A DNA stretch of 63,897 bases, filler included, from Collodictyon triciliatum (lineage: Eukaryota), in the NCBI GenBank assembly GCA_043381765.1. It is 10 parts of 10 records of this genome, joined end to end, with 100 filler letters (N's around TTAATTAATTAA, not from the genome) between each part and the next. Parts side by side here need not be neighbours in the genome. Positions count along the whole stretch, not along the records: positions 26,593 to 33,138 come from JBHJMP010004392.1; positions 33,239 to 39,779 come from JBHJMP010004393.1; positions 39,880 to 46,420 come from JBHJMP010004394.1; 7 more parts are not named here. One strand, written 5' to 3'. Made by a program: the position numbers and the translations under genes. Shown here in pieces: positions 27,337 to 40,431 of this stretch. How positions within the stretch are numbered: position 1 is the stretch's first letter; every line of letters begins with the position of its first letter. The notes beneath the pieces are model-generated. The model was not told where the DNA came from and searched no databases. It saw only the letters and a list, made by a program, of their open reading frames with translations.

Positions 27337-30300
27337 TTTCGAAATCGTTGCCAAAATCTAGGTCCCAATCTCGGTTTACTACTAATACAAGGAAGCTCTT
27401 TTCGAGATCGAGAACAAGTAAACAATTGAATATTTCTTCGACCAAGGATTTGAAATCAAATACGAATCGTATAAGAACTCGAACTTCCCGTAATGTAATA
27501 TCCAGAACCGGAAGCCAACCAATCCGGTCATATTGCTATACAAAATTCATATCTGTTTTATACGATGATTTGTTGTCCAGTATCAATTTACAATTTAATG
27601 GGACCACAGACAAAGGTCAAATCATCAATTATAAAAGCTGCGGCGACATTTTAAGTGAACAAACAATAGAGAAAATTGGATCAAAGTCGATATGCAGATG
27701 GAACTCAGGCACTGTTTTCAACATCATACCACAACTCACCGTTCCATTAGGTACTATGTTTGAAGTTAAAAGAAATACTTTATTCTGCTCCGAAGCTGTT
27801 AAAAACCATCATTATCGGTACAGTTCCATACACGGTTCTCTTTTGTTAAAGGCAACTACCATCATTAAACCCACTGCAATTTTGAGAGCGTTTGATTTCG
27901 GAGAGTGCACTGACTTGGTTTTGGACGGATCTTCCTCCATAGGGGGGAATAATGGAATGATTTTTAAATGGAATCTCTTCGAGAAAACACGTATTGGAGG
28001 CCTAAATCTATTAGAGAATTTCCTAAAGAATTCAAATTCATCAGTAGTATCTATTTATTTCCAAACAGAGCTTTTTCGGTCAATACCTGCAAACGAATTT
28101 TTCACTATCGAACTCTCAGTTACGAATATAATTAATCAAACAGACATAGCTCGCAAAACAATAATGAAAATGGTCGGAAATCCTCCTAAAATTCAACCTT
28201 CTCAGGCAAATCCAGATGTCATTGATCCGTCACAAAGAAATTCTTTTGGTATCTTGGCTGAGAGCAAACTGTGCAACAGCAAGATTGTCCCTACAAACGT
28301 AATGTGGAAGATAGAACAACCTTCTTTATTATCACTATATGACTTAGGACTATCAAATTACGAAATTTCTCAGAAATTTATAAGTTTCCCCCCGAAATCT
28401 TTGAATGATATATTTTACAAATACATTACTCTTGCTGTGATTGCGACAAACATGGAGAATTCTCAATCAAGTGAAGCCAAGGTCACCTTTTTTGTCAGAC
28501 CAGGTCCTTTGTCTCTTCAATTGATGGGAATCAATCAAGATATTGCTTATTCGCAAAGTCATAAAATCACTGCTTCTATCATAGACAGATCTGGCAATAA
28601 TGAGATTGTGAAATACAGATGGACATATCTGACAAAAAACTTTAATACCAGCGACCGTATCTTTTTCAATGGAGATACAATACAATTTACCCCCAATACG
28701 CTCGATTTAGGACTTCACGAGTTTACCTTGTATGCAGAGAAGGATTTCAGAAACGTCAGCAAAACTTTTTGGATTAATGTCGTAAATAGGGAACCTATAT
28801 CTTTGGTCATGCAAACGAGTATTGAAGGGAATATTATGAATCCCTCCGATGCAATTGAAATCAGGGTTAATACCAATAATCAAGGAAAAGAAAAAGAAAA
28901 AACCATATTTACTTGGCTGATTGATGATAAATTAATAGAGGAATCTCCACAAATTTTGTTCTCAAAAATGCGAAATGTAATAAGCATACTCCCAGGACGC
29001 TTCTCAGGGGGTCAAAAATACAAAATAGCCGTAAATGCTTCGACAGATTCAATTGTGAATGCAAGGTTTGGGTACATGGAAACTGAAATTGAGACCACTC
29101 TTCCCCCATTGCGTGGAATCGTTACATCAGACCCCCCAAATGGCACTGCCTTAGAAACACAATTTATTCTGTCCACCTCTGGATGGGAAGGAAGTCCTCA
29201 ATCTCTCCCATTTACATACGAGTTCAGCTACACCACAGTTCAAAAACCTGACGAACGTATCCTTCTGTCGTCTTCAGGGGAAAACCAGATACAAACGATT
29301 CTTCCATTGGGAAAAACTAAGGTATATGTGAAAGCCTTTAACAGATTTGGGGCATTTAGCGAACAATATGTCACAGTGGACACAATCAAACCGAATTCAA
29401 TAGATGATGCTTTGAAAAATATTGTATCTTCAAGTTATGATTCCTTGTTAAAATCAGACGATGCATATGGTATGATACAGGCTGCATCCACCATCTTATC
29501 TTGCATAGGTATGATTAAAAAATAGAACAATTACTTCCATATAAATTATTTACATACACTATATTTTGCTCGCTTTCAATCTTCTTTATTCTGATTCAGA
29601 TGTCTTATTCATTTATGCAGAAGAATTCATGGAAGCCCAAGATTTGAGAAGCTCTTCAAGTGGATACCAAAGGCAAATAACGTCAACAGTAAAAGAAATT
29701 TCGACAAAACTATTTCGCAATACTGTTAAATCCTTTACCCAAGTACCGACATCTGATAACCTACTGCAAAGTTCTAGCAGAGTATCATTTGTGATGTCAA
29801 AAATATTCTATGATGATAGCAATAGTATGTCCAGTATTTTTTCATTCAACAAACAAGTCGCTTCAAGTGCGAAGGCATACTGGTATTCAGGACAAAAAGT
29901 ATCAGCAAAAGCCATCATGGTACGATTCATTTATTTTCAAACATTAATCTTTCAGTTGTTATACTTTGAACAAAACCTCTGATACTTTTTTCTTACTGTC
30001 CTTTTGTGTGAGATGGAGATTTTGGATTTGATACTAAAATATCTTAATATTCTGTAAAATAACAATAAAACGATCATAGAGCATATCAAGAGTATCAGAC
30101 AATGCGCTATCTGTCTCCAAGCGTAAAGCTTACACCAAAGGTGTTGCAAGGCCAAAAATGATGGCAAAGTCACTTGTAGTAACAACTGTTGAAGACATTT
30201 TAACAACTCAAGTGGTCAGTTTATCACAACTTTTGACTAACCAAGTTGACATTCAGTCATATTCCAATTACGATGTAAAGTCTGTCAAAGGTAATCCTTG

Positions 30301-31605
30301 AAAAATCTCATAAATGTTCTTGTCCTTAACATTGCTGCACACATACTCTCTCTGTATACAACTATATTCAAACTATTTGCATTTATTTTGAAGTTATAAG
30401 CAAGTTTTAAACATAAAATGAATAGCTGAGACCGAAGAAGGCTCCTCTGTGTCAGTAAAAACAGACCAGTATGATGTTAGTATATCAAGTACGAAGAACA
30501 CAACGAATAGTGGCTCGCTCAGTTTGATAGTTATTCAAAGAGATATCTTCATACCACTGATAAGCAATCGCACATAGTAAACATTAATTTTTAAGAATTA
30601 TTTAAAAGAATAAACAAAAAAATTTATTTGTCATGTATATTATATCACTAGTAAAAATTGGATATTATTACTCAACTTTTTTCTTTACAAAATAACCCAG
30701 TGAATTGAGTTCAAACGTTACAATTGTGACCTCTGGCGAAGATATTCTAAATGAAACACGTATTGATGTCATTTACAATGTGTCAACCGCCACAGTAGTG
30801 AACTATAACCCCGCAAATGGTACTTTGTGTTTTGAAATCGAAGGACTGTACAATAATTCTCAAAATCTCAACTCGCTCACTTCCTCCGTGTGCGCATTGC
30901 GCAATTAAAAGAAAAAAAAAAGGGAATTTGATTATTAAAATCTTACAATGATAATAATTTTTTTTTCCTTTATTCGATTCAAAGTGTAGCGAGGTTATGC
31001 CATACAAAGGGGCGGGATGGGAGTACAATGATAATAAATGAATGGATAAATAAATCATAATCCTTTACTATATCATAAACGTAGAGACGACAGAATGTAT
31101 TTCATTTTCTGCATCGACTGGAGACTGGGAAAACTCAAGATGTAACACAACAAGGAACTCTCGAGGGGTGACGACTTGTACGTGTCCACTTCGGACAATC
31201 ACATCGGTCAGAGTCAAATCACTATGCATCAAATCACAATGCGGCAGTGAGGATGAACATAAGAGTAACTCTTCAGAGCCCGAAAATATAATTCCTAGCG
31301 TGATTGGAGGCGCATGTGGAGCCTTGTTTTTAGTTGCTGTTGTTGTCTACTTGAGGATTCGACGAAGAAAACATACCATCAAGAATCTGCAGCGCGACAT
31401 CGGAAACTATCGCATCGGGCGCGATACTCTGCACTCTGCTCCACAGGACGCTCGGAACACTTCCTCGGACACTTTTGCTGATATCCCGTTGGGTAATGTT
31501 GACGAGATGCCACCAGCACATCCAGAGCGCCCTTTCCAGTACAGTGGCTACATCACCGAAGAACAAGACCGACAGCTTGATAACATATTCAACTCCATCG
31601 TGTGA
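26593..31605 (+). CDS. Single-pass membrane protein: (Ser-Gln)n stalk, REJ/PKD-like region, GPS-like motif, TM helix; 5'-truncated
   Basis: In-frame SQ repeat joins the 725-aa ORF (LDGSSS; PP.RG...DPPNGTALETQF.L..SGW...PFTYEF typical of REJ domains); CISFS..GDWENSRC..TTCTC; TM IIPSVIGGACGALFLVAVVVYL. Confidence 0.75.
30944..31037 (-). mobile_element. Retro-insertion family A, longest copy (66 nt), 14-bp TSD
   Basis: TACAATGATAATAA at 30944-30957 and 31024-31037; minus-strand insert CTCCCATCCCGCCCCTTTGTATGGCATAACCTCGCTACACTTTGAATCGAATAAAGG(A)n. Confidence 0.8.
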
Positions 31606-31752
31606 TGCCAGTTAAAAGATAATTTTGAGCTGCTCGTCTTATCGATTCTCGGGACACCTAGTGTTCTCATGTCAACAGATATGTTATAAATCCAAATGTC
31701 ATGGAGCGAAACGTGATTTACATTTAGGATGGTATCAGTGTTTTATTTCTTT

Positions 31753-32788
31753 TTATTTATCCGTGGTGAGGACCACGAGGGGCTTGTTGTAGAATCGGCG
31801 ATAGTGGCCAAGACCCACATTGATGAGACCGCCGATGAAGCTGCCGACAATGGCGATGATGACAGGGTCGTGATTTGTGGAGCCGTCATCATTTGCAATC
31901 CACGAGATGCCGCACATGACGTCGGCGATATTAAAGATGACCCAGACAGTTCCTGCGTTACCCATCAAGGGCAAGAAGGTTTCGTTCATGAGGTGGCGAA
32001 GGTCGCGGATAAAGGAGCGCCAGCGATTGGCTGTGGTGCTTCTTTGGACATTGCGCTCCTCACGGCTCGACAAGGGCTCGCCCAGCATAAAGAAAGGGAA
32101 TGAGATGGATGTTATTGCAAAGAGGGCCACGTTGTGTTCGCGAGTGAGAAAATGGTCGGCATTGTCGATAGCATCGTAGCGGTCAATCATGGCCATCACA
32201 GCCACAGGGACGCCCATCAGCCCAAAAGCCTGGTAAGTGCGGCTGTGTTTGTGGTGAGGCACAATCAGATTCTATATGAAATACCTTGTGAGACGAGCGA
32301 AAAGATGAACATTGATAGCAAGAAAACAAAACAAAACAATAATAATAATAATAAAAGTGATTGATTGATGTTATAATAAAGCAAAAGATAAGCGAGCTTG
32401 GTGGTGACCCGTTTGGGAACAAAACCTCATAAACTGTGTAGAATCCGCCGCCACAGCAGATAAACCACCACCAAATGCGCGTCCCGTAAGTCATGCTCGT
32501 ATCTCCCACCACCAGAGACGAAAACACAAGGCCTCCAAAGCCGGCTGCAAAGCCGTGGAAGAAGGTCCAGAAGAAGCGGAAGTAATACATAAACTTCCCC
32601 CAGGCATTCCGAGGAACCTCCTGATCGACCAACGGTGTCTCCAGAATCGGGCTGAGTACAAGATGGTTTGAGTTCAGCGACGTAGTTTGGCGAGGAGAGC
32701 CCGGCGTGTCTGACAGGACACTTTGCGAATCATAGAGTAAGGATTGGCGCTGCAGCATCGAGCGGTTTCCATCTTCCAGCAAGGCCAT
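31753..32788 (-). CDS. Hypothetical multi-pass membrane protein (probably two exons)
   Basis: Two overlapping hydrophobic ORFs separated by an AT-rich intron-like stretch at about 32270-32400. Confidence 0.6.
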
Positions 32789-33055
32789 GGTGTCTGCAAG
32801 AGCGTTCTTGCTGGAGTTGGTGCGGCTTCAAGGTTACCTGCGTTGGTTGCCTGAAATCAGCGCTTCTGAAGGGAGTTGCAAGTGGACAGTCTTCACGCTT
32901 TGTTTTTTTTTATTTTTATTTATTTTTTATTCTCTTTTCTTTTCGGTCATCAGAACACACCCGCGCGTTTTTTGAAGGTGACGTAAACATAGGGTATGAG
33001 TTTGTGAATGGTTTAGTGTTCTGTTTATCTTTATTATTATTATTATTGCTCTTCC

Positions 33056-33087
<32 letters not shown>

Positions 33088-33089
33088 TT

Positions 33090-33131
<42 letters not shown>

Positions 33132-33238
33132 CTTTCTTNNNNNNNNNNNNNNNNNNNNNNNNNNNNNNNNNNNNNNNNNNNNTTAATTAATTAANNNNNN
33201 NNNNNNNNNNNNNNNNNNNNNNNNNNNNNNNNNNNNNN

Positions 33239-33327
<89 letters not shown>

Positions 33328-33471
33328 TCTCTCTCTCTCTCTCTCTTTATTTCCTTTGTTTCCTTTGTTTAGATCAGAATGTAGTTTCTCCTACAAAGAT
33401 ATTGTTTCTACGATTTGCACTTCGATGGGTGAGATGATTTCCGTTTATCTGTAATACCTACGTACATATGT

Positions 33472-35073
33472 GTGTATAAATCATGCGATGAAGTGATAAG
33501 ACCGCACGCGATATCCTTGTACCAGGTAGAATTTTCGTGGTCGGTCTTGCTCCCGATTGTTTTTGCTGTCATCTGGCCAAACACACTTACTCATATATGC
33601 CTGCTGGAGCTTTTTTCAAGCCCAGGATTTTTCATCTCGCGTAGAATGATGGAAAAATATGCACCACCAAATCTATCGGCAAAGTGTACGTATTTACAAC
33701 AATTTACCATCAAAGCCACTTCGCAATGCCCTCATCATCATCCTTTCCGAAGTATTGCTTTTTGTTTTTAGTTTTAGTTTTCTTTGCGTTTTTTTCTTTT
33801 TCTTTTTCTTTTTCTTTGTGATTTCACCCCACCCAAATAGTTATATCAAAGCCGATAAAACATGTATTAGTTTTTTTCCCTTTATTCAAAACATGTATTA
33901 GTTATCCTCGGTGGACTTGTTACTACAAACCTGTGCGACCTCGGGACTGGATTTGGGGTGTGGCTTCTTTCAACCGCTGCTGCTCGTGAAGAGAACGATG
34001 AAGGACTTGACTTTCGTGGTGGCCTCTCGCTTGGAGTCTTTTTTGGCCTTGTCATGATGAGGCTTGGTTCACGCGTTGGAACCGGAATGGAAGAGTGGGG
34101 GCTCGAACAACTTGCACGAATGCTCCCGGTAGGTCAGCAAACCGGGTTGACTGGTCGCATCCGATTGGCAGAAACCATTGCACTTTGTGGGGCTTCTTTG
34201 CTAACCGGTCTACTGCTCACCTTGCACACATCCTTTGGTGTTATCGTTTCTACGGTCATAGCTATGATGTTTCCTTTGGCTCGATTTCTCTCCATGCAAG
34301 GTGCTCTGGACGGAATTGCCGAACAAGCTCAGCCTCAAACATCTAACCCTTCATCGGCGTCGGGCAGTGTCAGTTCTCGTGCTTCATCGCAGTCCAAAAC
34401 GGAGGGGAGTGGAAAACTTGCACTCCTTCTTTTGGCATACGGTCTTCTTATGGTAACAGTACTCGGACTGCCTCCTCACTCGTCTCCTCTAGTTCTCACA
34501 TATCTATCTGACAGTCAGTTGGACCCACTTCTACTTGGGGGATTAGTCACAATTTACATCGCCATTCGCGCATTAGCTTGCTTGAACGGAGAAAACGGGA
34601 TTCCAGTAGGATTCATATCTTTTAATTTAGAGACTTTTGCTGTGCGTCATCCAAAAGTCGTGTCCATCGCATACGCCTTTCCTGTCTTTGCTGCAGCACT
34701 GGTTTTCCTTCTTGAGCCTCCAAATTTTAACTCAGCCTTTGTAGCGCTGATTCTTATAGCCGCACCAGCTCACTCTGCTCTTCTTACTATAACAACAAAC
34801 CAAATGGAGACACACGGGATTCACAATCACGCATATTTTTCATCTTGGTTACCGATTGTTCGTTCATTTGCACCACTACTAGCAGTGCTTCTTGCTGTGC
34901 CTTTTGCCACACCCGATGAGTTTGCAGCTCCAGTTTGGGCATCGTGTGTCATTTCTGCATTGGCCATCATTCTTGTCTTATACTTGTTACGGCCCTCTAT
35001 ATCTCAACCAAAAGCGACCTCACCAACCAATATTTCTGGAGATGCAAGCACTGCTGCTCGCCAAAATGCCTAA
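33472..35073 (+). CDS. Multi-pass membrane protein, possibly an MFS-like transporter
   Basis: 371-aa ORF with about ten hydrophobic segments in two halves separated by a Ser-rich loop; upstream exon(s) approximate. Confidence 0.55.
33857..33903 (-). mobile_element. Retro-insertion family A, 15-nt remnant, 16-bp TSD
   Basis: AAAACATGTATTAGTT at 33857-33872 and 33888-33903 flanks minus-strand GAATAAAGGGAAAAA. Confidence 0.7.
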
Positions 35074-35286
35074 CAATCACATTCAAGACAGAAATCATTC
35101 ATATGTTTACTACTGTGAATGAAGCGAAAAATAAAGATAACAATCAAAAGAACTCCTGTTTGTTAATCTTGAGTGTTTTTCTCTTCAATCCGTTTGTATA
35201 TAACCGCAGGAGACAACAGGTATAGTCACATGTTGGATGTATTTCCATCTATTACAACTTTTCCCCCTTCCGTGTGTACATGTATA

Positions 35287-35363
35287 TTTCAAGCTATACT
35301 CCATCATCTTGCGCTTATTGAAAGGAAGAATAAGAAATAAATAATTCTTTTCAAGCTATACTC
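35287..35363 (+). mobile_element. Retro-insertion family B, 15-bp TSD
   Basis: TTTCAAGCTATACTC at 35287-35301 and 35349-35363; insert contains ATTGAAAGGAAGAATAA followed by an A-rich tail. Confidence 0.6.
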
Positions 35364-35542
35364 GGAAATCATTGCCTCTATAAACACTTGCAAAATATAT
35401 TGCAAGTATTTTACCCTAACACGACGACAAAAGCAACACATACAATTATTGGCTTCATAGAATCCATTTCAAGAATTCCTTGCAGTTTTTGTTGATTTTA
35501 GATACCAACCAGAAGAAAAAAGAAGCTGGCCATCCATATTTC

Positions 35543-35599
35543 GTAAAGAAAATAATTTATTTTCCCTTTATTCGATTCAAAGTGTAAAGAAAATAATTT
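35543..35599 (-). mobile_element. Retro-insertion family A, 16-bp TSD
   Basis: GTAAAGAAAATAATTT at 35543-35558 and 35584-35599 flanks the motif. Confidence 0.75.
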
Positions 35600-35858
35600 T
35601 AAAATCCTTCGATAGCAAATGACAAGTTGACCATATACTCGTAAAAGGAAAACATGATGCATGATATTGATATATAAACACACTTTTGCGCGTATGATTC
35701 CTACATCTAGCTGCCATCTTTTTGCTATCGATCAATATTTACCTTTATTTTGTTCTTGCTTTACACTTTGTTTATAATATAATCATACCGTAGGTATATT
35801 TGGACAAAAAAAAATACAGCAAAAAGAAAAGAAAAAAAAAGGGAACAATATTCTGTCC

Positions 35859-38854
35859 ATGGAAGGCTTGTCACGAAACCCTTCGCAAATCACTGAAAGC
35901 ACCATAGGACACGAGGGAAAGGCAAAACCCTCTTCACCAGCATTCACTACTATTTCAAAATCGAAATCAAAGAAACTGGTGCCTGGTCAGGATGAGTCAA
36001 TACGAATCCGAGTTGAGAGAAAGGATGTATATTCCGAATCCTCAACCCCGACTCCTTTTTCAACCCCTCAACTTCATTCTCGAAAGCCCAATCATTTCAC
36101 GGACAAATTACAAACAAGGAAAGGGCAGAAGGAAACCAAAGACTCTACCATACAGAAGGGTGTAACGATGGACACTGTAACAAATACAACAGAACTCCAT
36201 ATTACTGAGCCAGTCAAGATTCATAGCATCCCAACTAAAAAGGAGAAATCTCGCACGAAGCCTCCTCCTCTAAAACTTGAATTTGACTTCAACAAAGTTG
36301 AGCAGAGGGTATCAAATACACTAGAAGGCCAACAATTTCATCAAATTCTTTCACAAGCATCAGTAAATCACCATGAATCTGGGGGACTACTCGAAAGCAG
36401 TCCAAAAGTGAATGAAAAGGATATTCAAAGGATGTATGCGAGTATATTTGAAGACAAAAGGGAGCTGGACGAATCGTATCACAAGGCAAATCAAAATAAT
36501 GATATTTCATATCCAAAAGAATCAGCGAGTTGCCGTCACGCGGATATGAAAATAGCTTCTATAAAATCACGTAAATCTATCATCACGACAAAAACAAAAA
36601 CCGACCTTCATTCCCAAGAAAATTTCGATATCGAAGAGTGCTATCCAACTAGACTCGGAGACTTGGATAGTACAGAACTAAACGATACAATGAATTCACA
36701 AGACTTTGAATTAACGCAATCTCCTGGGCGTCCCCGCCCTCGGGTATCACTGTCGATGTGTGATGGATTAAGTGGCATCCATTTCCAAGCTGCGCAAGAA
36801 ATACCCTGCAACGAATCTATTGAACTCCCTCCATTCACCGAAGAGAAAGGTTCAGACCAAATCTCCTTCCTAAATTGTGAGGCCATCGATTCTGCCGTGC
36901 GCAGCAGTCACCCCAGAGAGCTAAAAAAGGACGTTTGTGCTATTTCTCTATCTAAAATAACAGATTCTTCGGAGATAGCTAAGAGTTCAAATGAGTACAT
37001 CGATACAACACCTATGAAGAACTCTTGTAAAGATGCAGAATTTGATGAATTGGATACGATGGAGCGCCAAAGCTTGCTATCAGGTAATAGGACATATACA
37101 CGGATGAGATTATGGGGTATTTGATTTTCCAAACTATCAAATGTTAATACATACCATGAATTAATAATTAGCTTTTCTTGTTTTCTTACAGCAACAAAGC
37201 CAGTTTCGAAATGGAGTCAAACTATAATATTGGATGTTGGCGACTACGAAATCAAGGCTGGTGTTCATGGAATCCAAGAGCCGATGATAAGAATTCCCAA
37301 CGTTATCGGACGACCAAGATATGCGCGTGCTATGGGTGCAGAATCAAACAGTGGGTGGGATGATCTAGTTGACCAGGACTTACTTATTGGACAGCAGGCC
37401 CTCTCGCTTCGTGGTGTGGTATCATTACAATATCCTCTCCACAAAGGGCGGGTGAAATGCCGGGCGTCTATAGAGTCTGTTTTGAATCATTCATTGCAAA
37501 AAATCAACTGCAGGCTGGGTCTACTCAGGAATAGGCTTTCACGCACATCCGACATTGTCACATCTAGCGCAGATGACGAGACATGCCTTTTGGAAGACTC
37601 TGGAGTTGTCATTGTAATGCCAACGGCAGCAAGTCTTACAAATATGGAGTGGAGCGCAGAGTACTCTTTTGAAACAGCTGGGGCCAAAGGGTTGCGCCTT
37701 GCTCGCTCCGCAGGGATGGCATTGCATGGTAGTGGGAGAACATCTGGTCTTGTTGTGGAATCTGGACACTCGGCCACTTGCGTCACACCATTATACCATG
37801 GCTATGCGTTGACTCATGCCACAAAAACATTACCTTTGGGTGGAAGCGATGTTACGAGGGTTTTACTGAGATACTTGTGTGATGCCGGGGCGCCACTTCA
37901 GTCTATAGCCTCTCATTTCGATATTGCCAGAGGGATTAAAGAAAATTACTCCTACGTGTCAGCTCTTCCTCCGAGCCATCCTCATCACACTGCGGACTGC
38001 TCACCTTCGACTTTCACATTGCCTGATGGAAAAGTGAGTATTTTTTTTTATTGTTATTCTAATGGTTTGTTTGTTTGTTTGTTTGTTTGTTTGTTTGTTT
38101 GTTTGTTTGTTTGTTTGTTTGTTTGTTTGTTTGTTTGTTTGTTTGTTTGTTTGTTTGTTTGTTTGCTTGCTTTTTATTTTGTGACTGCTCACTTTCAAAC
38201 AGAAGCGATGTGATAATTTAGTTTCATCTTTGAAATGATTAAAAAAAAAAGCTCATAAACTATCAAAAGATTGAAAATCTGAAATAGGGTGTGACATCTT
38301 TTCCCAACTTGTTTGAGCTTAAAAAAACTCATATACATATCTTTCATTTCGTGTATCTGCAGGTTATTTCCATCACATCAGAAACATCTGCCGCCACGGA
38401 AGTTCTCTTCAATCCGTCCTTGGTTGGACTGGAAAACCCGCCGGTGCCGGATTTAATAGTAGACAGTATTACTAAATGCGATATCGACCTTCGGAAGGAC
38501 ATGTGGGATTCCATTGTTCTCAGTGGTGCGTAAATCTCTCCGAATTCGTTTCTAATGTCTCATTTCATTAGCTTTGTTAACATTTGCATAAAAAGTTGCG
38601 TCGGTATCATTCTTTCCATCTGTATAGGTGGCAATTCTATGTTTCCGGGATTCTCTGACAGACTTCACTTTGAAATTAAGACGCGTATGAGCCCGGCTTG
38701 CCACCTCAACATAGTCGAGACGCCCAACCAGGACTTGCTCCCCTTCAAAGGGGCTTCGTTGGTCTCGGGTTTATCATCCTTTCAAGACTCTTTCATCAGC
38801 AAAGAAATGTATGAGGAGCATGGCTCACGCATCGTACACAGGGTTAACTTTTGA
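35859..38854 (+). CDS. Actin-related protein with a ~408-aa N-terminal extension (exons 35859-37083, 37192-38033, 38363-38525, 38628-38854)
   Basis: IILDVGDYEIKAG..P..RIPNVIGRPR; GRTSGLVVESGH; PLGGSDVT; FTLPDGK; EVLFNPS; KCDIDLRKDM..SIVLSGGNSMFPGF.DRL; ISKEMYEEHG.RIVHR; splice phases consistent. Confidence 0.88.
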
Positions 38855-39267
38855 GACACTCGGAATACATATGAAAAGAATAAATTTGATAAAAGATTAA
38901 AACTATGTTGTTTTGCTCCATCTTGATTTTTTTTGATTTTTTCGCTCCACAATTAAAGCAGTGGTTTCTTGTGTAATGTTGGATGATTAGGGATTGTTAC
39001 TATTTGAATGAAGACAGTTATTTTTTTGAAAAAAAAGCTTCCCTTTCCACCGGAATAACACATTTTTTTTATATATTTAAATCCCTTCAAGAAGCCATTT
39101 ATATACGTATATGAAATGTTGTTAGTGGATATGTGAAGTGCAACATATATTTCATGTTTTCTGGTGTATTCTGAAGCTCATGAAAAATATTTCTATTCAA
39201 GTATGTAGCAATTACACTTTTATTATCCAGAGTTATGAGAAATGTCTATAAACAACTAAGTGGCTCG

Positions 39268-39682
39268 CTATTTTTTCAGAATAATTATTCGCTGTAGCTG
39301 GTGGGCCCCTCTAGCCCCCGCTAGAATTCGGAGGGCCCTTGTTCCAAGCATCTGGACGGATGGGTAGCGGCAAGTGGCTAAAAGCTCTAGGGCTGGAAGG
39401 CCATCCTCTTCAAAGAATATTGGGTGGATGGAAGCTGAAATAGAATGAATGAAAAAATCATGCTTGATTATTTTTTTAAAAAAATAAAATAAAATAATCA
39501 CAATGTCTTATCAATGTTTAGGTTCATTTGAGAGCTAAATAATGTACGATTGGTGTATATAACGACAGACCATCTTCTGCAAATCTGATAAGAGATAAGG
39601 CAATCCAATGATACACGTCTTCGTTCCTTACTGAGGAGTGCACAATCGATGTCAACAACCTCATCCATCCAGATTTATTTCT
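39268..39682 (-). CDS. Last two exons of a probable ARM/HEAT-repeat protein
   Basis: IFFEEDGLPALELLATCRYPSVQMLGTRALRILA resembles an armadillo repeat. Confidence 0.4.
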
Positions 39683-39685
39683 GTA

Positions 39686-39779
<94 letters not shown>

Positions 39780-40215
39780 NNNNNNNNNNNNNNNNNNNNN
39801 NNNNNNNNNNNNNNNNNNNNNNNTTAATTAATTAANNNNNNNNNNNNNNNNNNNNNNNNNNNNNNNNNNNNNNNNNNNNGTTTAGCAAAGGGGTAGCTTT
39901 TTTTTTTTTGGCTCAATGTTTGCAAAGTTCTGCTGTGGTTTAATAATGGAGTTAGGATGGGCCTGTTGTGCGACTTCTGAAAACGGGCAAGCACGAATGT
40001 GATTGTTGGGCTCAAGTCAGAGGAAGGGCACACATCTCACATGGGGCTCATCAGACTCTGTGAGAGCCTTTTTCATGCAAAGTTCGTCTCGCAAGGGGAA
40101 GAATAAGTCACAAAATGCAAAATAAAGACATCATTACATGATAAGATGGATCAAAACAAGTTTATCGCAAATATTTGACTTTATCAGGATTTCTAACAAG
40201 TAGAAGCTAGTATGC

Positions 40216-40289
<74 letters not shown>

Positions 40290-40431
40290 GCTCTGTGGAT
40301 TACAGTTGAAAGCAACATACATGCGTAAGCCTCTCTATGTAATGATAGTGAAAAACACCGTCTGAAGGAGGATTATAGTTTGTATGAATGCAGTTTCTGC
40401 TGCAGAGCAAAGTATTTTTGAATGCATATCA

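Noticed and set aside
26545-27425. Minus-strand (ET/EI)n and (LR)n ORFs
   Set aside because: Shadow frames of the hexamer repeat; the + strand SQ frame is continuous with the REJ ORF
30965-30985. TTCGATTC as a tRNA/Pol III B-box, or TTCCTTTA as a U12 branch point
   Set aside because: No cloverleaf or A-box and no consistent position in introns; better explained as a retro-insertion tail with TSDs
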